A stretch of 64,000 nucleotides of DNA from Dehalococcoidia bacterium. Lineage in GTDB: Bacteria; Chloroflexota; Dehalococcoidia; UBA6926. This document shows positions 35,300 through 44,095 of this stretch, piece by piece. The number at the start of each line of letters is the position of its first letter. Position 1 is the first letter of the stretch. The position numbers were made by a program, and so were the translations under genes. Location: contig OZ244736.1 of the NCBI GenBank assembly GCA_965219405.1, positions 1,769,445-1,833,444 on the forward strand, given 5' to 3'. A model generated the notes under the pieces. It searched no databases and was not told where the DNA came from. It saw only the letters and a list, made by a program, of their open reading frames with translations.

Positions 35300-36610
35300 C
35301 TAGTGACAGGTAGGTAAACCGGAGATATCTACCTGGCCTGGAATCTCGCGAAGGCAGCTTATGTCGTTGCCGGAAAGGTACAAGTTTCGCAGGTTGGAGA
35401 GGTTGCGGAACTCCTGCGGAATCCCGCCAGTCAACTGGTTGTCCGCGAGATCCAAGTATACGATGTCAGAGAGGCCGCCCAACTCTGGCGGTATCTCTCC
35501 GCTCAATTGGTTGTACGCGAGGCTCAGTACCCACATCTGAGGGAGGGCGCCCAACTCCGGCGGTATCTCTCCACTCAATTGGTTGTACGCGAGGCTCATG
35601 TTCCGCATATTGGAGAGCCTGCCCAGCTCAGAGGGTATCTCCCCGCTTAGCGCGTTGTTATCAAACTGCAAGACTGCCAAGTTGGAGAGGTTTCCTAATT
35701 CCGGCGGTATCTCCCCGCTTAGATCATTATCGTTGACGGTCAGGGATTCCAGGCTGGAGAGGTCACCCAGTTCAGCCGGTATCTCCCCGCTCAATTGGTT
35801 TTGATCAAGTTGCAGGACCTCCAGTTTGGAGAGTTCGCTCAGCTCAGAGGATATCTCCCCGCTCAGCGTGTTGCCATCGAGATGCAAGGTCTCCAGCCTG
35901 GAGAGTCTGCCCAGTTCAGAGGGTATCTCTCCGCTCAGTGTGTTGCCATCGAGATGCAAGGTCTCCAGTCTGGAGAGTCTGCCCAGTTCAGAGGGTATTT
36001 CCCCGCTCAGCCTGTTTCTACTAATATCCAGGGTTTCCAGGTTGGAGAGGTCGCCCAATTCCGGCGCGATGCCTCCTCTCAGCGAGCTCGAAGAGAGGTT
36101 CAGGTGTGCCAGGGCGGACAAGTTGCCAAGTTCCGGTGGTATCTCACCACTCAGCCTGTTCCTAGACAGATTCAGGTATTGTAGGCTGGAAAGGCTGCCT
36201 AACTCCGATCGAATCCCTCTATTCAGAGAGTTGGAAGAGAGGTTGAGGACTTCCAGTTTGGAGAGGTTGCACAGATATGATGGTATCTGTCCGCTAAGGT
36301 CGTTATCAGAGAGAACCAGGTGGCTGACGCGGCCATTTACGTCAGTTGTTACACCGAACCACGAATCAATTGGTCGATCACTCAACCAATTTGTGTCAGT
36401 CCGCCAACTCGTGCCGCCCGTGGTGCTGTAGAGCGCTTTCAGTGTGTCTCTATCCGAGGCGCTATCACCATCACAAGACGCCGCCGGGACAGGTGTGGCT
36501 GTCGGCATTGGCGCGGCTGTCGGCATCGGCGCAGTTTCTGTGCACGCCGCTATCAGAATAGTTACGGCACACCATAGAACCGTGAGCAGCATTGCACGGC
36601 TTCCACTCAT
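35300..36610 (-). CDS. secreted lipoprotein composed of plant-specific-type leucine-rich repeats
   Basis: 436 aa; signal peptide plus lipobox LIAAC, Cys-containing N-cap (DRDTLKALY...WLSDRPIDSWFGVTTD), about 14 tandem 24-residue repeats LxxLxxLxLxxNxLSGEIPxELGx, C-terminal Cys cap. Confidence 0.8.
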   Translation of the reverse strand: MSGSRAMLLTVLWCAVTILIAACTETAPMPTAAPMPTATPVPAASCDGDSASDRDTLKALYSTTGGTSWRTDTNWLSDRPIDSWFGVTTDVNGRVSHLVLSDNDLSGQIPSYLCNLSKLEVLNLSSNSLNRGIRSELGSLSSLQYLNLSRNRLSGEIPPELGNLSALAHLNLSSSSLRGGIAPELGDLSNLETLDISRNRLSGEIPSELGRLSRLETLHLDGNTLSGEIPSELGRLSRLETLHLDGNTLSGEISSELSELSKLEVLQLDQNQLSGEIPAELGDLSSLESLTVNDNDLSGEIPPELGNLSNLAVLQFDNNALSGEIPSELGRLSNMRNMSLAYNQLSGEIPPELGALPQMWVLSLAYNQLSGEIPPELGGLSDIVYLDLADNQLTGGIPQEFRNLSNLRNLYLSGNDISCLREIPGQVDISGLPTCH

Positions 36611-36640
36611 CGAAAACGCGTTCCCATCATCTGCCTGATC

Positions 36641-37786
36641 CTAATACACGGGAGTCGGGGTGGGGAGAGCCCTTGGTGTCTCTCCCCAGACGTTGTTGCC
36701 ATCAAAGTTCACATACCGAAGTTCGTCAAGGTTGCCCAATTCTGGCGGTATTTCTCCGTTCAGTTCATTATCAGCAACGAACAGGATTTCGAGGCTGGAG
36801 AGGTCACCCAACTCCGGCGGTATCTCTCCAGTCAACTGATTGCCGCTGAGTATCAGAATTTCCAGGTTGGAGAGGTTGCCCAACCACGGTGGCAGCCTCC
36901 CAGTCAACTCGTTGTTAGAGAGGTCCAACCGCCGCAGTTCAGAGAGGTCGGTCAACCAAGACGGCAACCTCCCGGTCAACTCGTTGTGTGCAAGGTTCAG
37001 GGTTCTCAGTTCGGAGAGATTGCCCAAATGCCCCGGTAGTTTCCCGGTCAACCGGTTATAATTGAGGTTCAAGCTCCGCAGACTGGGGAGGTTGCCAAGC
37101 TCCGGGGGTATCTCTCCGCTCAACCCGTTGTAGTCGAGATTCAGGCTCTGCAGACTGGGGAGGTTGCCAAGCTCCGGGGGTATCTCTCCACTTAGCTGGT
37201 TGCTCTCAAGCCAGAGCGACAACAAGCTGGATAGGCTGGCCAGTTCGGGCGGTATCTCCCCAGCCAGACGATTGCGGTAGAGATACATGCTCTCCAAATT
37301 GGAGAGGCTGCCAAGCTCCGGGGGTATCTCTCCACTCAAGTCGTTGGACCCGAGGTTCAAGAATTCCAAGTTGGAGAGGCTGCCAAGCTCCGGGGGTATT
37401 TCTCCGCTCAACTCGTTGCCCCTGAGTTCAAGGAATTCCAGTTTGGAGAGGCTGCACATTTCTGGTGGCAGCGCTCCGATCAAGTAGTTGCTCGAAAGGT
37501 CCAACTCGGTGACTCGGCCATTCTCGTCAGTGGTTACGCCGTACCAGGAACCAAACGGTTCATCGCTCAGCCAGTTTGTGATGGTGGCCCAATACGTGCC
37601 GGCCGTGGAGTCGTATAAAGCTTCCAGAGCGTCTCTGTCCGAGGCGCCATCGTAATTGCACGATGGTGATGGCGCGGGCGGTAGCGCGGATGCGGCGCAC
37701 GCCACCATCAGAATAGTTGCGGCGCACCATAGCACCGCGAGGCGTATTATGCGGACGGTTTTTCCTATTAGGAGCATTGTAGTCAT
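36641..37786 (-). CDS. secreted lipoprotein composed of plant-specific-type leucine-rich repeats (paralog)
   Basis: 381 aa; lipobox LMVAC, same N-cap (DRDALEALYDST...WLSDEPFGSWYGVTTD) and about 12 LSGEIPPELGNL repeats. Confidence 0.8.
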   Translation of the reverse strand: MTTMLLIGKTVRIIRLAVLWCAATILMVACAASALPPAPSPSCNYDGASDRDALEALYDSTAGTYWATITNWLSDEPFGSWYGVTTDENGRVTELDLSSNYLIGALPPEMCSLSKLEFLELRGNELSGEIPPELGSLSNLEFLNLGSNDLSGEIPPELGSLSNLESMYLYRNRLAGEIPPELASLSSLLSLWLESNQLSGEIPPELGNLPSLQSLNLDYNGLSGEIPPELGNLPSLRSLNLNYNRLTGKLPGHLGNLSELRTLNLAHNELTGRLPSWLTDLSELRRLDLSNNELTGRLPPWLGNLSNLEILILSGNQLTGEIPPELGDLSSLEILFVADNELNGEIPPELGNLDELRYVNFDGNNVWGETPRALPTPTPVY

Positions 37787-37932
37787 TGCTACACTGCCTT
37801 GAGTATATGGCGGGAGATGGCATGTGGCGCACTACGCCACAGGATGGAAGGTGGAATTGAGGCTTTGGATTCTTCGCTGCGCTCGGAATGACATGGGGTT
37901 GAGTATGATTTGGGGAGGACGAGAGTGACGGA

Positions 37933-37968
37933 GGGGCGACCCTTCGACAGGCTCAGGGTGAGCGGGGG
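37933..37968. repeat. family 2 repeat copy immediately upstream of the glmS start
   Basis: GGGGCGACCCTTCGACAGGCTCAGGGTGAGCGGGGG; preceded at 37887-37900 by a partial family 1 motif CGGAATGACATGGGG. Confidence 0.6.
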
Positions 37969-37975
37969 TTGAGAG

Positions 37976-39820
37976 ATGTGCGGGATTATGGGGTATACGG
38001 GGCGTCGGCAGGCTATGCCGATTGTTCTTGATGGGTTGTCTCGCATCGAGTACCGGGGGTATGACAGCGCCGGTATTGCCATCCTGGGGCCTTCAGGGGT
38101 GTTTGGGACGAATAAGGCTGTCGGGAAGCTGGATGCTCTGCGGGCCGACCTTGAGGGGTCGTTCGTTTCGGGGTCGCTGGGGCTGGGACATACGCGCTGG
38201 GCGACGCATGGTGCGCCCTCTTTGGCCAATGCGCATCCGCACATGGACTGCACGGGACGGGTAGCCGTCGTGCAGAACGGCATCGTCGAGAATTACAGCG
38301 CACTCGCCGCACAGCTCGTTTCGCGCGGGCATCGGTTCATGTCGCAGACGGATACCGAGGTGCTGCCGCATCTCATCGAGGAGGCGCTTGACCGTGGACT
38401 CGATCCCGTCGATGCGGTGAAGTCGATCCTGCCGGATATGCATGGGGCGCTGGTATTTCTGGTCGCGTGCGCGCAGGAGCCGGACACAATGATTGCGGTA
38501 CGGGCGGGGAACGCGGGGGGGCTGGTGATTGGCGCGGGCGACGGCGAAATGTACGCGGCGAGTGACCTCCCTGCCCTTGTGCCACTCACACGCAAGGCGA
38601 TGCCGCTGAACAACGGGGAGATCGCGGTGCTGCGGCCGGAGGGGGCACAGGTGTCAACGCTGGACGGCACGCCGGTGACGCGGGAGTTCACGGAGGTGAC
38701 ACGCGACCCGCTGCGGGCGGCGAAGGGTATGTACAAGCACTTCATGCTCAAGGAGATCATGGAGCAGCCGCAGGCGCTGACGGATGCGCTGCGGGGGCGC
38801 GTCGATTTGGAGTCGGGGCGGTTGGAGCCGGATTACGGGGCGGGGCTGTCAGAGCGGCTGGCAGCGGCGCGTCGAATCATCCTGACGGGATGCGGATCGA
38901 GCTATCACGCGGCTCTTGTGGGTCGGCATTATTTCGAGACGCTGGCGGGCGTGCCGGTGGAGGCGGAGGTGGCGTCCGAGCTGCGCTACCGTGATGCGCT
39001 CATTGGGGAGGGCGACCTGCTCATCGCGATCACACAGTCGGGGGAGACGCTGGACACTTTGGCGGCACTTGAACACGCATCAAGCCTCGGCGCGGATTGC
39101 GTTGCGGTGACGAATGCGCTTGATAGCGAGGCGGCGCGAATCGCGTGCGAGACGATGGATATGCGGTCCGGGCTTGAGGTTGGGGTCGCGGCGACGAAGA
39201 GTTTTACGTCGGCAATCCTGTGTTTGTATCTGTTGGCAATCGACGCGGCGGCGGGGCGCGGTGTGATGAGTGAAGCTGAGGTGAGCAGGCATCTGCTGGA
39301 CCTGGAGCGGCTGCCGGGCATCGTGAGCGAGTCGCTGGAGCGCGGGGACGCGATTCGGGCGGCGGCTGAGCGACTGACCGTCAACGATAACTGCCTGCTG
39401 CTCGGGCGGGGGCCGCTCTACCCCATCGCGCTGGAGGGGGCGCTGAAACTCAAGGAGGTCGCGTACATCCACGCGGAGGGCAGCGCGGGGGGCGAGATGA
39501 AGCATGGGCCTATCGCGCTCATCGATCAGTCGATGCCGACGATTGCGCTGGCTCCTGCGGGGGGCTTGCGGGACCGGATGGCAATCAATATCTCTGAGAT
39601 CAAGGCGCGGGCGGGGTACGTTGTTGGGGTGTTGTCGGACGGGGACGATGAGCTTGGCGGGCAGGTTAATGAGGCGATATTCGTGCCGGAGACGCCCGCG
39701 CACCTGGTGCCGATTGCGGCGACGGTGCCGCTGCAGATGCTGGCGTACGAGATTGGGCTGCTGCGGGGGGCGGACATCGATCAGCCGCGGAATCTGGCGA
39801 AGTCGGTGACGGTGGAGTGA
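37976..39820 (+). CDS. glmS: glutamine--fructose-6-phosphate aminotransferase (isomerising)
   Basis: 614 aa; MCGIMGY N-terminal nucleophile Cys, two SIS domains, C-terminal ...SVTVE. Confidence 0.95.
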   Translation: MCGIMGYTGRRQAMPIVLDGLSRIEYRGYDSAGIAILGPSGVFGTNKAVGKLDALRADLEGSFVSGSLGLGHTRWATHGAPSLANAHPHMDCTGRVAVVQNGIVENYSALAAQLVSRGHRFMSQTDTEVLPHLIEEALDRGLDPVDAVKSILPDMHGALVFLVACAQEPDTMIAVRAGNAGGLVIGAGDGEMYAASDLPALVPLTRKAMPLNNGEIAVLRPEGAQVSTLDGTPVTREFTEVTRDPLRAAKGMYKHFMLKEIMEQPQALTDALRGRVDLESGRLEPDYGAGLSERLAAARRIILTGCGSSYHAALVGRHYFETLAGVPVEAEVASELRYRDALIGEGDLLIAITQSGETLDTLAALEHASSLGADCVAVTNALDSEAARIACETMDMRSGLEVGVAATKSFTSAILCLYLLAIDAAAGRGVMSEAEVSRHLLDLERLPGIVSESLERGDAIRAAAERLTVNDNCLLLGRGPLYPIALEGALKLKEVAYIHAEGSAGGEMKHGPIALIDQSMPTIALAPAGGLRDRMAINISEIKARAGYVVGVLSDGDDELGGQVNEAIFVPETPAHLVPIAATVPLQMLAYEIGLLRGADIDQPRNLAKSVTVE

Positions 39821-39916
39821 AGTTCAGCGGCGGCTTCGAGTCGTGTGAATGGAACTGGTCCGACCGCACTACAACGTTGGGGTGGCTAGTTTAGGCGCCG
39901 ACGAGACTGAGTAAGG

Positions 39917-39991
39917 TGGAGCGGGGGACGGGAATTGAACCCGCGACAACCTGCTTGGAAGGCAGGAGCTCTACCACTGAGCTACCCCCGC
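39917..39991 (-). tRNA. tRNA-Gly(TCC)
   Basis: Minus strand GCGGGGGTAGCTCAGTGGTAGAGCTCCTGCCTTCCAAGCAGGTTGTCGCGGGTTCAATTCCCGTCCCCCGCTCCA; anticodon loop CTTCCAA. Confidence 0.85.
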
Positions 39992-40036
39992 TTGCTCCGG
40001 TCTGTTTACCAGTTTAGCTTTCTATTCAACGTGTAG

Positions 40037-40084
40037 ATTCCCGCCTGCGCGGGAATGACGGAGTAAAGGGCGGAATGACGGGGG
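40037..40084. repeat. family 1 variant hairpin ATTCCCGC-CTGC-GCGGGAAT + GACGG followed by GGCGGAATGACGGGGG half-repeat
   Basis: Between tRNA-Gly and the first enoyl-CoA hydratase paralog. Confidence 0.6.
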
Positions 40085-40137
40085 ATGTCGCTACCTCCGC
40101 TTGCTCCTTCATCCATTGTATGGGTTTGGGCGTGTGG

Positions 40138-41037
40138 CTATTCGCGGGGGCGGGAGCGGGGGCCGAAGGGTTCCGGTTGGAAGGGGCCGTCGCGGAGTTG
40201 GAGGAATGCGCGCAGGCCGCCTTCCTTTTGGGCCTCCATCAGCGAGCGTTTGAAGTCCTCACGCTGGGAGCTCTGGGCGTGTGCGGACAGTTCATCATTG
40301 AGGACGAGGGCGTTGCGGAGTCCCATCATCTCAAGGCCCATGGTGGCGACGTAGAGGTTGATCTTGACCGTCTCCGGCGAGACGAGGGCGATACGCTCAA
40401 CGACGCGGAAGCAGTGTTCGAGTAGGTCGTCGCCGGGGACGACAGCGTTGACGAGACCGATGCGCAGGGCTTCCTGGGCATCGATGTGGTCGCCTGTAAG
40501 GCCGTAGCGGAGGGCATGCTTGTAGCCGGCGTTGAGGGTCCAGAAGAAGTTGGTGTTGGAGATCATGCGGATTTCCGGCTGGGCGAAAACGGCTTCCTCG
40601 GCGGCGTAGGTCATGTGAGAGGCGAGGGCGTACCAGGAGCCGCCGCCCATGCACCAGCCGTTGACGGCGGCGATGACGGGCTTGGTGAGTTCCCAGATCT
40701 GGAGGAGTTTGGCGGTCTCGTCACGTGAGCGATCGCGCCAATCGTCGAGGACGGAGGCGACGCTTGTGTTCTCAGGCAGTCCATAGGGCCAGACGGTTTC
40801 GCCGCGGCCGGCGCCGATGTCGTAGCCGGAGGAGAAGGCGCGGCCTGCGCCTGTAAGGACGATGGCGCGGACTTCGGGGTCGTTCTCCGCTTCTGTTAGC
40901 GCCTCGGCGACATCGTGCTCGAGTTGGCGGCTGATGGCGTTGAGGGTTTCGGGTCGGTTCAGGGTGATCAGGACGCCGTTGCGCTGCTTTTCATAGAGGA
41001 CGGTGTCGTAGTTGGGCATTGGTTTGCTCGCTTTCAT
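40138..41037 (-). CDS. enoyl-CoA hydratase/isomerase (crotonase) family protein, paralog 1
   Basis: 299 aa; oxyanion-hole and catalytic segments LTGAGRAFSSGYDI...VNGWCMGGGSWYA; about 65-75% identical to the three downstream paralogs. Confidence 0.8.
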   Translation of the reverse strand: MKASKPMPNYDTVLYEKQRNGVLITLNRPETLNAISRQLEHDVAEALTEAENDPEVRAIVLTGAGRAFSSGYDIGAGRGETVWPYGLPENTSVASVLDDWRDRSRDETAKLLQIWELTKPVIAAVNGWCMGGGSWYALASHMTYAAEEAVFAQPEIRMISNTNFFWTLNAGYKHALRYGLTGDHIDAQEALRIGLVNAVVPGDDLLEHCFRVVERIALVSPETVKINLYVATMGLEMMGLRNALVLNDELSAHAQSSQREDFKRSLMEAQKEGGLRAFLQLRDGPFQPEPFGPRSRPRE

Positions 41038-41128
41038 ACGTGGGTTTTGCTACATGGTAGCAAACGAGGTGGGTGGAGCGCCCTGAGGGCGCTGCGGAAC
41101 CCTGCCGCGCCGGAATGACGGCTGGAAG

Positions 41129-41803
41129 TTAGGGAGATGAGGCTTCTTTGGCTGCGAGGGCGAGGGCTTCGATTATTTCTCCGGTGGCGGCTGTGCCGCC
41201 GAGGATTAGGTCGACGATGCGTAGGGTTGGGGCTTGTAGGTCCGGGGCCCATGAGGCGGTGCCGTCGGAGGCGACGATGACATCAAGATCACGGACGTTG
41301 GCGTCGAAGGCGGTGTGTAGGACGCAGGCGTAGGTGATTGTGCCGGCAAGGATGACAGTACGGATGCCGCGTCGACGCAGGGCGGTCTCAAGATCGGTTC
41401 CAAAGAAGGCGGAGAAACTGCGCTTGGTGACGACGTATTCATCGGGTTGAGGCGCTAGTGCGTCGTGGATATCCGCTCCCCATGTGCCAGGCATGAGGGC
41501 CGGACCGCCGGGGGCGTCTGCTACTGCTCCGAAGGTTTGGGCGACGACGCTGTGGATGAGGTGGACGGCGTCCGGGGAGTCATCGCGTTCGATGCGGGTG
41601 TGGACTATGAAGAGGCCGGCGTCGCGGGCGGATTCCAGGAGGGCCGCCATTGGCGGTATGCCATCTGTTACGAGTTGTGGATCGAGGCCTAGAGACTCGA
41701 CGCGGTCCGCCGCCTTTGCGTAGAAGCCGTCCGGGTGGCAGAAGTCGTTTTGCATATCGACGACGATGAGGGCGGTGGTTTTGGGGTCTAGTTGGAGGTT
41801 CAT
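41129..41803 (-). CDS. isochorismatase-family cysteine hydrolase
   Basis: 224 aa; ALIVVDMQNDF...K...ILAGTITYACV catalytic D-K-C triad of the isochorismatase/CSHase family. Confidence 0.8.
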   Translation of the reverse strand: MNLQLDPKTTALIVVDMQNDFCHPDGFYAKAADRVESLGLDPQLVTDGIPPMAALLESARDAGLFIVHTRIERDDSPDAVHLIHSVVAQTFGAVADAPGGPALMPGTWGADIHDALAPQPDEYVVTKRSFSAFFGTDLETALRRRGIRTVILAGTITYACVLHTAFDANVRDLDVIVASDGTASWAPDLQAPTLRIVDLILGGTAATGEIIEALALAAKEASSP

Positions 41804-41845
41804 GGGATTAGTTTAGCGGGGGTTGGGTTGCTTAATGCGATCTAG

Positions 41846-41930
41846 ATTCCCGCTTTCGCGGGAATGACGGAGGTTGGGTGGGAATGAGGGGCATCCGATG
41901 GATTCCGGCTTTCGCCGGAATGAGGGGAAA
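41846..41930. repeat. family 1 hairpin (ATTCCCGCTTTCGCGGGAAT) + family 3 hairpin (ATTCCGGCTTTCGCCGGAATGAGGGGA)
   Basis: Pair recurs at 42956-43036; family 3 alone at 44047-44090. Confidence 0.7.
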
Positions 41931-41969
41931 TGGCAGACATAATGATAAAGGGCCGCGGGCATGACATAG

Positions 41970-41993
41970 GGGCGGGGTTGCCCCCGCCCCTAT
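41970..41993 (-). terminator. GC-rich hairpin 24 nt downstream of enoyl-CoA hydratase paralog 2 (putative terminator lacking a U-tract)
   Basis: GGGGCGGGGTTGCCCCCGCCCC perfect 9-10 bp stem. Confidence 0.35.
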
Positions 41994-42016
41994 GATCTCC
42001 CTTATGCGTTTGGCCT

Positions 42017-42895
42017 CTAGTCGCGTGCTTTGGCGGAGCGGGGGCCGAAGGGTTCTGGTTGGAATGGGCCGTCTCGCTGCTGGAGGAAGCCTCTCATGCC
42101 GCCGGACTCGCGCGCCTCTTCGAGGGGACGCATGACATCCTCGCGCTTGGAGGCGTGGGCGAACGCGGAAAGCTCGCCGTTCAGGATCAGCGCGTTGCGC
42201 AGACCCATCATCTCCAGACCCATCGTCGCGACGTAGAGGTTGATCTTCACCGTCTCAGGCGACACCAGCGCGATGCGCTCGCCGACCTTGAAGCACTCTT
42301 CAACGAGGTCATCCTGCGGGATCACCTGGTTGACGATACCGATTCGCAGCGCCTCTTCCGCGTCGATGTGGTCGCCGGTGAGGCTGTAGCGCAGGGCGTT
42401 CTTGTAGCCCGCGTTGAGCGTCCAAATGAAGCTCGTGTTGGAGATCATCCGCACCTCAGGCTGCGAGAACACGGCTGTCTCAGACGCGTAGGTCATGTGG
42501 GAGAACAGCGCGTACCAGGAGCCACCGCCCATGCACCAGCCGTTGACGGCGGCAATGACGGGCTTGGTCAGCTCCCACAGGTGCAGGAACCTGGTTGGCT
42601 TGTCTCGCTCGCGCCAGCCATCCAACATTTCCGCGATGTTCGATCCCTCCGGCAGGCCATAGGGCCAGACGGTCGGCGCGCGGCTACCGGCGATGTCGTA
42701 GCCCGCAGAGAATGCGCGGCCCGCGCCGGTGAGGATGATGTAGCGAATCTCGGGATCCGCCTCTGCCTCATCAAGCGCGACGTGAAGCTCGTCCTCAAGG
42801 TCGCGGCTCAGCGCGTTCAGCGCCTCCGGGCGGTTTAGCGTGATCAGCACGCCTTTCCGCTGCTTGTCGTACAGGATGTTCTCATAGTTGCCCAT
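42017..42895 (-). CDS. enoyl-CoA hydratase/isomerase family protein, paralog 2
   Basis: 292 aa; same motif set (VNGWCMGGGSWYA). Confidence 0.8.
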   Translation of the reverse strand: MGNYENILYDKQRKGVLITLNRPEALNALSRDLEDELHVALDEAEADPEIRYIILTGAGRAFSAGYDIAGSRAPTVWPYGLPEGSNIAEMLDGWRERDKPTRFLHLWELTKPVIAAVNGWCMGGGSWYALFSHMTYASETAVFSQPEVRMISNTSFIWTLNAGYKNALRYSLTGDHIDAEEALRIGIVNQVIPQDDLVEECFKVGERIALVSPETVKINLYVATMGLEMMGLRNALILNGELSAFAHASKREDVMRPLEEARESGGMRGFLQQRDGPFQPEPFGPRSAKARD

Positions 42896-42955
42896 TTCTG
42901 TTTCCTTTCCTACTCTGTTCTTCTTATTCCGTTTGGTTTGTTCTTGGCATTCTGG

Positions 42956-43036
42956 ATTCCCGCTTTCGCGGGAATGACGGGTGGGGGCGGGAGAGGGAAC
43001 CCGATGGATTCCGGCTTTCGCCGGAATGAGGGGAAG
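42956..43036. repeat. family 1 hairpin + family 3 hairpin
   Basis: ATTCCCGCTTTCGCGGGAATGACGG...GATGGATTCCGGCTTTCGCCGGAATGAGGGGAAGGGC. Confidence 0.7.
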
Positions 43037-43062
43037 GGCAAACTGCTCGCCATGGCGATTAC

Positions 43063-43953
43063 CTAGTCTCTTACCTTTGAGCGGGGGCCGAAGGGTTCCG
43101 GTTGGAATGGGCCGTCGCGGGTTGTTAGGAAGGAGCGTAGGCCACCCTGTTCGAGGCCGTCGAACATCTCTTTGCGGTAGTCTTCACGGCTCGACGAGTG
43201 GGCCAGCGCGGAGAGCTCGCCGTTGAGCTTGAGGGCGTTGGCGAGTCCCATCATTTCGAGGCCCATCGTGGCGACGTAGAGGTTGATCTTGACCGTTTCG
43301 GGTGAGACCAGCGCGATGCGCTCCACGAGTTGGAATGCCTCTTCGAGCAGGTCGTCATGCGGCACGATCTTGTTGACGATGCCGATGCGGAGGGCTTCTT
43401 CGGCATCGATGTGGTCGCCGGTGAGGCTGTAGCGGAGGGCGTTCTTGTAGCCGGCGGAAAGCACCCAAAAGAAGCTGGTGTTGGAGATGTGGCGCACCTC
43501 CGGCTGCCCGAACACGGCGTTCTCCGATGCCAGGGTCATGTGGGTGGCCGTGGCGTACCAGGACGCTCCGCCCATGCACCAGCCGTTGATCGCGCCGATG
43601 ACGGGCTTCGTCAGTTCCCACATGTGGAGCAGCTTACGAATGCCGTCGCCATCGTTCGTGCGCCACTGATCAAGCAAGTTTGCGGCGCTCTGTCCGGGCG
43701 CGACGCCATAAGGCCACACGAACTCGCGCATCGGAGCATCCGGCGCGCCGAGATCATAGCCGGCGGAGAATGCCCTGCCCGCCCCTGTGAGGACGATGGC
43801 GCGAACCTCAGGGTCTGCTTCGGCTTCATCGAGCGCCAGGTGGAGTTCGTCCTCCATCTGGGGGCTGATTGCGTTCAGGGCCTCTGGGCGATTCAGGGTT
43901 ATGAGCGCGCCCTTGCGCTGTTTTTCGTACAGGACATATTCGTAGTTGGGCAC
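43063..43953 (-). CDS. enoyl-CoA hydratase/isomerase family protein, paralog 3
   Basis: 296 aa; INGWCMGGASWYA variant. Confidence 0.8.
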   Translation of the reverse strand: MPNYEYVLYEKQRKGALITLNRPEALNAISPQMEDELHLALDEAEADPEVRAIVLTGAGRAFSAGYDLGAPDAPMREFVWPYGVAPGQSAANLLDQWRTNDGDGIRKLLHMWELTKPVIGAINGWCMGGASWYATATHMTLASENAVFGQPEVRHISNTSFFWVLSAGYKNALRYSLTGDHIDAEEALRIGIVNKIVPHDDLLEEAFQLVERIALVSPETVKINLYVATMGLEMMGLANALKLNGELSALAHSSSREDYRKEMFDGLEQGGLRSFLTTRDGPFQPEPFGPRSKVRD

Positions 43954-44046
43954 TGCTGTTTGGTTCTCCTTTCAGGTTTGGTGCTTCCTTGCAGGGGGTG
44001 ACCCCCTCACCCTAACCCTCTCCCTCAGGGAGAGGGGATCCGATGG

Positions 44047-44090
44047 ATTCCGGCTTTCGCCGGAATGAGGGGAGGGTCTTCATTCCGGTG
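44047..44090. repeat. family 3 hairpin ATTCCGGCTTTCGCCGGAATGAGGGGA + inverted half CATTCCGG
   Basis: Between paralogs 3 and 4; preceded at 44000-44040 by two further small GC hairpins. Confidence 0.65.
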
Positions 44091-44095
44091 GCGGG

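Noticed and set aside
35583-36431. Several long plus-strand ORFs (73-201 aa) antisense to the first LRR gene, with their own repetitive protein sequence (LPSSEGISPLS...)
   Set aside because: They are frame-shifted mirror images of the 72-nt LRR DNA repeat, with no independent start context or non-repetitive domains. Periodic repeats inevitably produce open antisense frames. The same applies to 36840..37061 and 37287..37487 over the second LRR gene.
37790-37975. Possible glmS ribozyme upstream of glmS (GGACGAGAG resembles part of the ribozyme core)
   Set aside because: Only a short fragment resembles the core. The rest of the leader is accounted for by the family 1 and family 2 repeats, and I could not trace the P1-P2.1 pseudoknot architecture by eye. 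Needs Infernal to settle.
40075-40728. Plus-strand ORFs (116, 89, 80 aa) antisense to enoyl-CoA hydratase paralog 1, and analogous ones over paralogs 2-4
   Set aside because: Gly/Ala/Val/Glu-rich mirror-frame translations that recur identically over each paralog. They are an artefact of paralog duplication plus high GC, not independent genes.
34331-44090. Considered whether the recurring palindromic motifs could be a degenerate CRISPR array
   Set aside because: Repeats are hairpin-palindromic with variable spacing (hundreds to thousands of bp), belong to three different families, occur inside and between genes, and no cas genes are present. A REP/MITE-like interpretation fits better.
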